Origin: Selaginella moellendorffii
Taxonomy: Eukaryota > Plantae > Lycopodiophyta
DNA: 64,000 bases
Direction: 5' to 3'
Assembly (NCBI RefSeq): GCF_000143415.4
Contig: NW_003314271.1
Coordinates: 186,001-250,000 of the forward strand
Under the pieces are notes generated by a model. The model made no database searches, was not told the origin of the DNA, and saw only the letters and a program-made list of their open reading frames with translations. The translations under genes were made by a program, and so were the position numbers. Positions 1-11,337 of the stretch are shown here, in pieces (position 1 is the first letter of the stretch; the number at the start of each line of letters is the position of its first letter).

Positions 1-488
1 ACCACTTGAGAGTTCCTTTAAGATTAGTTCCTAGACCTCACTATCCCTACTATACTTTTGGAACCCCTTATAGCCCTCCCCCCCCTGAGGAAGACACACG
101 CTTTGGGCTTTCACCCCATAACCTATATTAGTATTCAGACTTAGTCTCGGACTGGATCTCGGACTTGATCTTGGACACGGTCTCGGATTGGATCTTGGAC
201 TAGATCTTGGACCCGACCTCAAACTCAGTCTTGGACTTGGTCTCAGACTCGGTCTCGGACCCAATCTCAAATCTTAGACTCGATCTCGATCTCGGTCTTG
301 GACTTAGTCTTGAACTCAATCTTGGAGTCGATCTCAGAGTTGACCTCAGACATGATTTTGAACTCAGTCTTAGAGTCACTCTTGGATTCAATCCTGGACT
401 CTGTCCCATTTAATGAACTCTTTATCATTTTGGTCATGTTTTTAGGGATCATTTAGCCTTTGACACCTCGAGAAGTTAGTTCTTTACA
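1..488 (-). repeat. Family B 3' LTR (partial) with degenerate hexamer array
   Basis: Colinear with ~6600-7018; ends TTCTTTACA; abuts PPT. Confidence 0.85.
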
Positions 489-899
489 ACTCCACCACCC
501 ATAGAAGAAGTTCAATGCCTACATTGAACATCTCTTTTTAATCCTAAAACTTGTTGACCATGTCTTTGTGGGCATCCTCCCACTTAGCGGTGTGCCTAAG
601 TTAGCCTTCCTGGCCAAGAGCCCATGACAACAGAGTATAAGTGTCCCTATACCCCTCACTTCACCATACCCTAGTATGGGGTTAGGACTTGAACTTAGCC
701 TTGCTTTACTAGAGGGTTGAGATTCGAACCCAACCTCCGTAAAATACGTTTATAGATTCAACATCCCCATGAGGAGTCGGGTATAGTTCCCCACGCTTGG
801 TCGACCTAGCTAACCCATGCTAAGTAGCTTACCTTTGGCACACCTTCAGGTCCCAACATACAACATTGATAAATTTCTTGAATAGATTCTTTAATGAAT

Positions 900-1456
900 T
901 TTGCATAAGTACATAGAGTTTTATGTTGCAAAAATTCCTCCATTAAATCCCGCGCGTTCGCTAAGTTCTCATTCAGTTCCCCTGTTGCTTTCCAGTGTGG
1001 AAATCCTTTCCACTTCACATGGAACTCCCTCACCTTGCGCCCTTATTGCTTGTTTTTGTGTGCATTGAGGATGGCCTCGACTTCATATTCCTTTTCCCCT
1101 TGGATAACTTAAGATAAAGGTCTTACTTGGTCCTTATGCAACAGATCCTCAAAGTACGGTTTGAGCATGTTCACATGGAACATAGGGTGCATCTTCCCCA
1201 TCTCCTAAGGAAGTTAAAGGGGGTAAGCCATCTTACTAATTCGAGCCTCAATCTCATAAGGCCCCACAAGCCTGTTTAAGGAACTCAAAATCAATTCATT
1301 TCCAGAAATACATGCATTTTTACTTTATGTCAATTTTCAGCTGACCCCACTTGGTAACCTTAGATTCTTGGTATTCAGCCACACCTTATCCCCAGGGTGG
1401 AATTCCACATCTTGGCACTACCTTTGTTGAGCTTATTCCAAGGAATCCCTCACTAG
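900..1456 (-). pseudogene. Integrase C-terminus (GPY/F) and chromodomain remnant
   Basis: Minus-strand translation gives EFHPGDKVWLNTKNL, GPYEI, HPMFHVNMLKPY, EYEVEAILNA...EFHVKWKGFP; stops and frameshifts present. Confidence 0.85.
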
Positions 1457-1651
1457 TGTAAACTTTTGATTTTGGACTTATTGAAAGGTCATCTAGCCCA
1501 ATACTATTCAAACCTAAAGACGCTTAACCCCAAATATCCCAAGACCCTTAACCGATTGGAAAAAGGGGTGCACTCTTGTTTATGGGCTCTTTCCCTTTAT
1601 ATTTGAACCCCATGGATCATCTCTCAAGTCGTTTTTTTTTTGTTGCTTACA
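1457..1651 (-). repeat. 5S rRNA-promoter-containing LTR (Cassandra-like), copy 1
   Basis: TGTA...TTACA termini; homologous to 10056-10249; preceded on the minus strand by the PPT-like GGAAGCATGGTGGAT (1652-1666). Confidence 0.9.
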
Positions 1652-1679
1652 ATCCACCATGCTTCCCTCTCTAGTGAGC

Positions 1680-4600
1680 ATCCCACACCTCTTGGTTCCT
1701 TAGGAACACTTCTTATGCTAGACCATCGTTCTCATATGCTGTCTGCACATCATTCCAAAAAGTTGTTATTGTGCTAAATATTGTCAACTTCAAGTTTGCT
1801 TTTTGACTTATAGCATCTGCTATAATGTTGCTCTTCCCAGATTTATACAGAATCTTGCAATCGAACTCAGCCAAAGCATTAGCCCACCACCCTTGTTTTC
1901 CTCTTAGGTCAGGCTATGACAAGAAGTGTTTTGTTGCCACATTATCCATGTAAACTTTGAAGTGCCTCCCAAGGTAGTGTTGCCAATCTTTGAGCGCTTT
2001 GACCACCACAAATAATTCCTTCTTGTGGGCAGACTACTTTTGCTGAGCTTTGTCCAACTTCTTTGAGAATAATGCAACTAAATGGTTGTCTTACTTCAAA
2101 ACTACACCTAATGCAAAGTCTAAAGTGTCCGTTTCTACCTTGAAGTACTTACCAAAATTTGGTAATGCCAATATGGGAATCTTCTTCAACTTCCCTTTGA
2201 GGTGGATAAATACCACTTTACATTCCACTGTCCATACCATCTTCCCTTTTCCCGTTTGGTCCATTAAGGATAGGACTATTCTCGAATAGTGTTTGATAAA
2301 TTTTCGGTAGTAGTTGCATAGCCCCAACAACGCACTCAACTCGTGTACATTCGATAATCGCTCCTATTCTTGGATCGCTTGGACCTTCTCAGGGTCCACC
2401 TTGAGCCCATCCTTGCCCACCACACACCCAAGAAACTTTACCTTTTGTTGAGTAGAGTCACATTTGCTCTCTTTAGCATACAACTTGTATTCTCTTAGTT
2501 TTTCAAACACCTTCCTCAAGTGTTTAGCGTGCTCTTCTAGTGTTTCGTTATAGATCAAAATGTTGTCAATATAGATAACCACAAAGTGATCCAGATAGGG
2601 TACAAAAATGTGGTTCATTAGTGTCGAAAATGTTGCTGGCGCATTGCATAGCCCAAAGGGCATCATTAGAAACTCAAAGCTCCCATATCTTGTCCAATAG
2701 GATGTCTTCTCAATATCTTCCTCTGTTACTCTAATGTAATAGTATCTTGACATTAGATCGATCCTCAAAAGGTATTTTGCCTTTCCCAACCTATCAAACA
2801 AGTCCTCAATCCTTGGTATAGGGTATTTGTTCTTCTTTATATACTTATTGATCAACTGGTAGTCTATACATATACGTATAGATCCATTTTTCTTTTCCAC
2901 AAATAACACCGGCACCCCATATAGTGACTTGCTCAACCTAACATACCCTTTATCCACCAACTCTTCTAGTTAGCACTTGAGTTCCTCGAGTTCCTTTTGT
3001 TCACATGATAGGGGGGACAAACCACCACTTTAGCACCCTTGACTAACTCGATATTATATTCTATCGGTCATGTCGGGGGTAACCACTCTAGTAGCTTCTT
3101 TGGCATGGTATCTTGAAATTGGTCCAACAATTACTAGATCACTAAAGGTACTTCTTTTGTTCCCATTTTTCTATTACTTCTCACTGAGAGTAAGCACAAA
3201 AATGCTACTTTGGTTCATTTAGTGAGTTGTCCTTTTGTGGACACTAAATTCAAGCAGAAATCTTTAGCCTTACATTGCCCTACCTTTAGATCCTATGCCT
3301 TCACCTTGAATTGTTCTCCCTGTGCATTCGCCAATACCACACGGTTCCTACCTTGTCCATGCAGGGCTACTATAAACCAAGTGAACCAATCCATCCCAAA
3401 AATTACGTCAAATCCCGCCATGTTCAACATGGTGAAATCCATATTTATTTTCCATGTCCTTATTTTGAGTTTTACTTCTCGAAGTACCTCATTGATGCTT
3501 TGGCTACCTTGAACAAACTCTATCGTCCTTGGTTCACCCAACCGCTGCACTGTTAATCCAGCTTGCCGGAATATGTCTACAACCACAAAATTATCCAAAG
3601 CACCCATATCAATAAGGATCTTAACAAAGCTACTTCCGAGCTTCCCTCGGAGGGCTAATAGATGTTGCGAATGACTCTTTACCAAAGTTTTTTGTGTAAT
3701 GAGTAACTTTGAGCTAAAAACTGGATCACGTACCTTAGTTTGGTTTTCACCTGACTTAATGACCATATTGACTCTGGCCTTCTTCGGGTAGGGACATTCT
3801 CTAAAAAAATGTCATGCTTCACCACAGTTGAAGTATACATTGTTCTCACACTACTAGCTAACTTGACTTTTTTATCCATGGTTTGTCCCTTTCCACTTGA
3901 CTTCCCCACATACTTGCTCGTTTGCCACCAGATCTACCTTTTTAAAAGCCTAAGGACTCATTCTTAGAGAAATTCTTCTTGAATTTCCTTTTATCATATG
4001 TCCCTCTTACTTTGGCTCCTTTGCTAAACTTGGACCCCGACCCCATTGTGTTCCCCTTTCGCAGATTATCATTAAAATGCATCTTAATAGCTACATCCAA
4101 TGCTTCTTTGTAGTTGGTTAGGTTCTAATGCATCACTTCGTTTTGAGCCCAAATTTGCAAACCTGATATGAAGGCATGGAATGCATCCATAACACCCATA
4201 TCCATAATAAGTATCCTCTTTGTCATAAATGCATTCACATACTCTTTTATGGTTTTGGTCTACTTTAGCCTACTCAACTCATCCCTTAGGTGCAGAGTAG
4301 CATTCAGAGGAACGTAAGTTGCAAGGATTTTCGCTTTCATCATTTTCCAAGTGGCCACTAGTCCTTTGTTGGCCTCTATTGTTCTCCACCAAGACTTGGC
4401 ATTATCTGCTAAGTATGGTTTTGCACATGGGACATTTTCTGAGCTCGATAACTGCAACATTCAGAAGTAATCCTCCATATCGTAAAACCAATCCTTCGCC
4501 ACCTTATAATCATTCACTCCCTTGAAGACTAGTGAGGGCTTTAGTTTGTACCTGGGAACTGCTTAAGGGACTGATTTCACTTCAGTTTGTTCAATTTTTA

Positions 4601-4931
4601 TTTGTTCCGCCTCAATCCCCGCCGAAGGGTCCATGCCTTCTGTGCTGCCAGCATTTGTAGTCTTTTGCTTTTTCTTTTGCTTTTTATCACGCTTTAGCTT
4701 GCATATAAGAGTCTCCAGAAAGGCATTGATCTATACCAATCATCCTTCTAGAATGTCCAATCAAACCTTGAATGACCGAACCTCACAACTAGTCTCTTAT
4801 TTGGAAGTTTCCTCACTAAAGTCCTCCTTATGCAAGGATTCCTCATCCATATCTTCTTATTCGACCGGAAGCTCTAGCTTTAGAGGAAGTTCTATCTCTG
4901 CCTTGGTTTTTTTACGCCCTGCCTTTACCAT
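1680..4931 (-). pseudogene. gag-protease-RT-RNase H of a chromovirus (Galadriel-like), integrase core missing
   Basis: gag ATG at 4931; AKSWWRT gag motif; protease LIDMGA; RT TRYGSFEFLMMPFGLCNAPATF...VVIYIDNILIY; RNase H VETDTLDFALG; many stops. Confidence 0.9.
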
Positions 4932-4989
4932 CTCCCAACAATTTGCCTCTATCTTTCGCTGGAACTATGGAAAAGGCTTTAATACCAAA

Positions 4990-5183
4990 TATAAGCTTCT
5001 GAATTGGACTTCCCAAGAGGTCACCTAACCCAGTACTATTCAAACTCAAGGATGCTTAACCCCAAGTATCCCAAAACCCTTAACCGATTGGAAAAGGGGG
5101 TGCACTTTTGTTCATGGGCTCTTTCTCTTTATATTCAAACCCTTATGAATCGTCTTTTGAGTCGTTCCCTTTAGTTGCTTACA
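4990..5183 (-). repeat. 5S-containing LTR, copy 2 (PBS on one side, PPT on the other)
   Basis: PBS TGGTATTAAAGCC at 4975-4987 leads into gag; PPT-like motif at 5184-5198 is followed by TRIM internal sequence. Confidence 0.9.
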
Positions 5184-5311
5184 ATCCACCATGCTTCCTT
5201 GCAAGTTTATGCCCTTGTGAATGGAAGTCAAGAGCCGTAGCTCTCCTAAGAGCTCCGCTCTTTTGACACTTTACCCCTCGAGTCGAGCCTAGTTAGAGCA
5301 AATTGGACCTG

Positions 5312-5852
5312 TGTAGCGCACCTTATCTCTCTCCCCTTAAGCCAACTCCCCCTTCAGAGATGTCAATGTCCTCATTGACTATTGACTAACAACCCCTACT
5401 AAGCTTAGGGGAACCAGCACTTCCATTTCCACACTCAATCTACCAATCCTTCCATTGTGTAGACTAGCTATTCCATGTGAGGCAACTAGTCATCCACCCG
5501 TACCGCAGTCCCAAGGTGGATACCTTCGTCCGTGGATACTCCACACAAGGAAGGACGTATGCATGGATGTCCAATACGTACGATTTCAAATTTAGGGGTA
5601 GGAATATCCTTGCTCAAGGGTATATTATATTTTTTTAAGTAGCCACTAATCAATGGGAATCGAACCCGTGCCATTTGCTTCGATACCAATTGTAACGCAC
5701 CTTATCTCTCTCCCCTTAAGCCAACTGGAAAAGGGGCAATTGCTTGATGAGAGAGCCCTTAGTGGCTATTTTATCCCCATTTATCCCCCAAGGTTCCAAG
5801 GATCCATGGTGACAGTATATCCAAATCTTATCCCATGATCACATGCGCTATA
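5312..5852 (-). mobile_element. TRIM with tRNA-type A/B boxes (Helenus-like), nested in the 5S-TRIM internal region
   Basis: TSD ACCTG (5307-5311 / 5853-5857); 5' LTR 5691-5852; PBS TGGTATCGAAGC 5677-5688; 3' LTR reduced to ~35 bp by a deletion at CAACT microhomology. Confidence 0.85.
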
Positions 5853-5936
5853 ACCTGCCAGGTATCAATCAACATGTGGTGTGATTCCACTAAGCCAATC
5901 AATAGAGTTAGACTCAAGACCACTTTAATACCAAAT

Positions 5937-7018
5937 TGTAAGCCACAAATTTTTCCTTTCCAATTTGCTACTTTACCTCATCTATCCAACCACCACAGCC
6001 TTGGCATTAATTAAGTTCCCTCACCAAGATTCCTGCCTATTATACTAGCTTTTACTTGGTCCTACTTGGTTTCAGCAACTCACTACACGAACAACAGAGT
6101 GTTAGTTATCTATCCACGAATTCCCAAATTCTCTTCTAATCTCCCTTCCTAGGTTAGACTAAACTTAAGGTTCGACTACACTCCTTGCAAGCATAAACAA
6201 CCAAGCACACCAAACTTCCAAATTCCTAACATCCCTTGGTATAACAAATCTTGACCATGAGACTTTATAAATCCCAAGCTTTGGGTGCAACACTTGGCTT
6301 CGGGACACTAGGGGGAAAGACCGTGGCTTAACGGCCCAGTATGGGTACCCTTACTCGCCCACTTCCATCTCAAAGGAAAGGCCCAAGCCCCTAGGAAGGG
6401 CAAGGACTAATGAGCCACAAGGTACTCAAGTGGAGCACCACTCCACATGAGCTAGGAGCACCGTAGTCGGATTCCCTTATGGGAGTGGGAACTACTCTTG
6501 GTACTTCCTTGGGTGGCCCTTCCAGTAGCACCCGAGTCCATGCTCACTCCCACCGAAGGCCCCTTAGCCCTAGTTTCAACCTCAAGTTAGTTTGGAAAGA
6601 TCACTAAAGAGTTCCTTCAAGACTGGTTCTTAAACCTCACTATCCCTACTATACTTTGGGAACCCTCTGCAGCCCCCCTAGAGATACATGCTTTGGGCTT
6701 TCACCCCACAACCTGTATTAGCATTCAGACTCGGTCTTAAACTCGATCTCAGACTCAATCTTAGAATCGATCTCGGATTTGATCTTGGACTCGATTGTGG
6801 ACCCAACTTCAGACTCTGTCTCAGACTCGGTCTCGGACCCGATCTCAGACCCAATCTCGGATCTCAGACTCGGTCTCGATCTCAATCTCGAACTCAGTCT
6901 CAGAGTCAATCTCGAACTCGATCCTAGACTCGATCTCATCCGATGAACCCTTTATCATTTTGGTTGTGCTTTCAGGGATCCTTTAGCCTTCGATACCTCA
7001 GGGAGCTGGTTCTTTACA
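5937..7018 (-). repeat. Family B 5' LTR
   Basis: TGTAAGC...TTTACA; hexamer array ~6725-6940; PBS adjacent. Confidence 0.85.
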
Positions 7019-8945
7019 GCAACCTCCACTTAGATAAAGCTATAGTATGGGTACTAACATTTCAACCTCAAACAACTAAGTTAAACATCACCATCCTCAG
7101 CCAAAGCACAAAGCTATCAAAATCAAGTCAAGATCAATGAGATATCACTACTTTCATAAAGTCTAATGAAATGCAACTTGCAACCTAACATAACACTACA
7201 GAAGAAAGGCACAAAGGCTATCGTTCTAGAAAAGTGCAACAACCACTTTTTTATATCAACTCTAAACTCCATCTAGCTCAATTGCAGTTAACCTCAAAAG
7301 TCAGCATCCCTTTCAAGCTATATCATACAAACTACTTACTAAGGTTTAAGCCAACCAAAGTCAACTTGAACCCCTTCATTAATTCATATTGGCTTACAAA
7401 TATGGAATGATTTTCAAACAAAGTGACAAATTTTCAAACCATTAAAAAAGCCTAAAAAAAATTGTAAAAATTTTCTATCCTAAAGAAAGAATGACTCTTA
7501 GTATATGAATACAAACTTTCAAAACTCAACCAACTTCCTCCTATTAACAATTTCACATAAGTTCACCTCAACACTAATTCTTATGACCCAATGGTATGTC
7601 TAAGCATTGAACATCTTGCCTATTTTTTCGACATCTAACATTGACATCCGTAAAATATAAAATGAACATCAAAGATTCGATCACAAAGACAATATTTTCA
7701 AATATTCACATTGCACTAACACTCTTCTTCAATCACTTTCAAAATCTAATATGAAGCGAAAACATTAACAACAAAAACAATATGAAAAATTAAGATCTAA
7801 GGAAAAACTCCTCATCACTCGAAACAACAATGTTAATTCTACTAGTATAAATACTAGTAATGTTAATGCCTCAATTCACACCTTTTCCATCCAATAATTT
7901 ACTCTAAGTGCAATAGATTCACCAACAAGTGAATGTTATAACCCTTTTCAACACCTTATGGGCAAACCCTCAAGAAAATAAGGTACTAATTTAAGCTTAG
8001 CATAATGGATTGTCATCGAGAACTAAGTAAAAGTTACTTCAATACTACTACTTGCAAGTAGCTTCATCATCAACCACTTTGGGGTTGATCATCATTTGAT
8101 CAAGCAACTTCGTAAACACATTGCTCATTATCACATGGATATGATATAAAAATCACAATGACTTGATCATTAATCAAGCAACAACATGAGCAAGTTCACA
8201 TTATTATTTCAAAAGTTTACGTGAGTATTAAATGCCAATTCTATTTGACAAAATGCAATATAAATACCACACTCTACCGATAGAGAGTTATAACACCTAA
8301 CACTACCAACTTTTGTTCACAACACAAACTAGCTCATGTCACTCTCTTTCTAACTAAACTCAAAACTTGATCCAAACACCAAGCTACTCAAGGAGCAATA
8401 GCAAAATTCCCCAGAAAAGAATTTAGCATTGTAACTCAAATCTTCAGTAGCAAAATAGTTTAGTGTTTCACTGTTATCCATCCTATAATTCACCACTTGT
8501 AAGACCACCATAACCAACATGCATCAAAATAAGGATTCTTGATTGCATGATATGAGCAATGAGTTAACATTTCATTGCAAATCATCTTTCCAAAAAAAAA
8601 AATGATTTATATGTTTGATCCTTTATCCCTGAGGATTCTCTTTTCGGTCTCATATTTGACTAAACCTCAAGCTTGCTTTCGCACTACCTTTAGTCCAATA
8701 AATAAAATTTTTATGAGAGAGCGTAGCAATGACTACTTGAACCAATAGACTGATCATGTCTAAGAAGGATCCACTTATGATCATGCCTGGGAAGGATCCA
8801 CTAGTGCCATGCTAAACAGCTATGGACCAGCCTATTTGCCACTCATAACAAACCTAGGGAAGGTTTACTTTTACCCATGGTATATGAAATAACTCATAGA
8901 AACACCAATAGGCTAACATTAATCCTGCCAACTCAAAGTGTAACC

Positions 8946-9850
8946 TATAAACTTCTGAATTTGGACTTTCCGAGAGGTCACCTAGCCCAGTACCATTCAA
9001 ACCCAAGGATGCTTAACCCCAAGTATCCCAAGACCCTTAACAGATTGAAAAAGGGGGTGCACTCTTGTTCATGGGCCTTTTCCCTCTATATTTGAACCCT
9101 AATGGATTGTCTCTCGAGTCGTTCCCTTTGGTTGCTTATAACGAAAGTTGAGAGTCGCAACTTTCCCGAGAGCCCTGCTCTCTTGACACCCTTCCTCTCG
9201 GGTCGAGCCTAGCAGGAGCAAACTAGACTAGTCAGGTTGACCTCTTGACACCCTACCCCTCGGGTTGAGCCCAGCAGGAGCAAACCCTACCTCTCAAGTC
9301 GAGCCCAACAGGAGCAAATTGGACCAGTCAGATTGACCTCTTGACACCCTACCCCTCGGATTGAGCCCAGCAGGAGCAAACTAGACCAGCCAGATTGACC
9401 TCTTGACACCCTACCCCTCAAGTCGAGCCTAGCGGGAGCAAACTGGACCAGTCAGATATCAATTAACATGTGGTGTGATTCTTGACACCCTACCCCTCGG
9501 GTTGAGCCCAGCAAGAGCAAACTAGACTAGCCAGATTGACCTCTTGACACCCTACCCCTCAGGTTGAGCCTAGCGGGAGCAAATTGGACCAGCCAAATAT
9601 CAATTAACATGTGGTGTGATTCCTTAACCAACTAACGAGACCCCTCTGATGCCAAATGTAAGCTCTTAAATTTGGACTTCAAGGGAGGTCACCCAGCCCA
9701 ATACTATTCAAACCCAAGGACGCTTAACCCCAAATATCCCAAGACTTTTAACCGATTGGAAAAGGGGGTGCACTCTTGTTCATGGGCCATTTCCCTCTAT
9801 ATTTGAACCCCAATGGATTGTCTTTATAGTCATTCCCTTGGTTGCTTACA
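8946..9850 (-). mobile_element. Complete Cassandra-like TRIM (5S-promoter LTRs)
   Basis: LTRs 8946-9140 and 9657-9850; TSD TAACC (8941-8945 / 9851-9855); PBS TGGCATCAGAGG 9643-9654; non-coding internal region. Confidence 0.92.
9180..9600. repeat. ~59-bp tandem repeat inside the TRIM (about 7 units, some partial)
   Basis: Unit CTCTTGACACCCTACCCCTCGGGTTGAGCCCAGCAGGAGCAAACTAGACCAGCCAGATTGAC. Confidence 0.9.
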
Positions 9851-10055
9851 TAACCTTGAGTTGCTAATGTGCCTCACTCATAAGCCCAAGTGCAAACTTG
9901 TATAAAATAGAACATTTCCATCCATCTTATAAGCCCAAGAGCAAGCTCACATAATACAGTACAAAAGTTAACCAAAATTCATATCTAAGGAACAAATATG
10001 AAGTCTTAACATCAAACATGTACCCACTCAAATTATCATTTTTATCTTTGCATAT

Positions 10056-10249
10056 TGTAAGCAACCAAAGGGAACGACTCAAGAGACAATCCATAAAGTT
10101 CAAATATAAAGGGAAAGGGTTTATAAACAAGAGTGCACCCCCTTTTCCAATCGGTTAAGGGTCTTGGGATACTTGGGGTTAAGCGTCCTTGGGTTTGAAT
10201 AGTACTGGGTTGGGTGACCTCTTGGGAAGTCCAAACTCAAGAGCTTACA
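10056..10249 (+). mobile_element. Solo 5S-containing LTR
   Basis: TGTAAGC...GCTTACA; TSD CATAT (10051-10055 / 10250-10254). Confidence 0.93.
10178..10232 (+). promoter_or_regulatory. 5S rRNA-derived Pol III internal control region (box A, IE, box C)
   Basis: GTTAAGCGTCCTTGGGTTTGAATAGTACTGGGTTGGGTGACCTCTTGGGAAGTCC aligns ungapped at 47/55 with the plant 5S sequence as I recall it; TATAAA at 10105-10110. Confidence 0.9.
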
Positions 10250-11337
10250 CATATGTAATGAGACTAGTTGCCAAATCTCATTAGACAGTACTCACCAAAT
10301 ACCAAATGTAACGCATATGGTTTTCACTTTTTATCTTATAATGATTTACCATAGGATAACCACGAAGTGAAATTTAAACCCTCTATATGCCATGTGTCCC
10401 AAGGATAGTGGTGCAAAACTTGGGTTTCAGGGCCTTGGGCTATTGAATGAAGGAATAAAAAGTGAAGGAACTGAAGCATAGAGTGACTCTTAAGTGTCCT
10501 AAGTGTTCAGTTTAAAGAGCAAAGGGATAGAAACACGGAATGACATTAGAACAGTCCTAGAGTTTCCAATATGATCAGCATACAAAATGGAGTCTGACAC
10601 TATTTCAGCATACTGGTGGCCTAATGCAAGGATATAAGTATTCCACTAGCTAGCATGGAATGGAACTTGGGCTTAAATAACAAGAATAGGCACACAAATT
10701 GGAGCTAAACTATGCCTTATGTTAATTAGCCATACCCAATCTACCCACTATCTTTATTATACATTTGAATCTCACCCTTCTTGAGGAACACATGCTTTGT
10801 GCTTTCACCCTTAGTACCAAGAGTTAGTCCTTGGGACTAATTTGAAACTTATTAAATATAGAATGTTTCTAAATTATGAATTTGGACACGGGACAAACAC
10901 CATTGTGTTTAGGACAATTTCTACATTCCGTAGGTATGCCAAATAAACAAATCTAGACACTTTCCATAAATAGCATTTGGGACCGCAATGAGATTAACAC
11001 AAAGGGCATGATAGCAAAAGTGTTTGGCAGATATAGTAAATTATCATCTAGCCATATTGAGGGACTAGTCTTAATACGTTCTTGTCAAGAGTTCTTGTCA
11101 AGCTAGTGCAAGATAGAGCAAAAGAGAATTAACAAGCTGGGCCAAGTATATTTGGATAGACATTTAGGAATTTCTTCTTTATACTTGTTCGGCCAAGTAC
11201 AAATGCAAAGTTTAATTTACTAACACTTAAACAAGAGGGACTAATAAAGGGTCTAACAATACTAACCTCCTACTGTCGTGGTAGTAAAGAAAAAATATCC
11301 AAAAAGTCTAGTGGACAAATAACTTTCGATACCCAAA

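Larger units (their letters stand above)
1..7018 (-). mobile_element. Chimeric Ty3/gypsy chromovirus (family B), degenerate; 3' LTR runs off the window start
   Basis: 5' LTR 5937-7018 (TGTA...TACA) matches 1-488; tRNA-Met-type PBS 5922-5933; PPT GGGTGGTGGAGT at 489-500; contains gag-PR-RT-RH, INT C-terminus and chromodomain remnants plus inserted 5S-LTR units. Confidence 0.85.

Noticed and set aside
5640-5730. Functional tRNA gene
   Set aside because: Only D-loop-like and T-arm motifs; the anticodon region is occupied by the LTR end and PBS, and no acceptor stem is visible.
9180-9600. CRISPR-like array
   Set aside because: Head-to-tail repeats without unique spacers, in a eukaryotic TRIM.
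10131-10249. Genuine 5S rRNA gene
   Set aside because: Only the box A to box C segment matches; it is embedded in a TG...CA LTR with a TSD.
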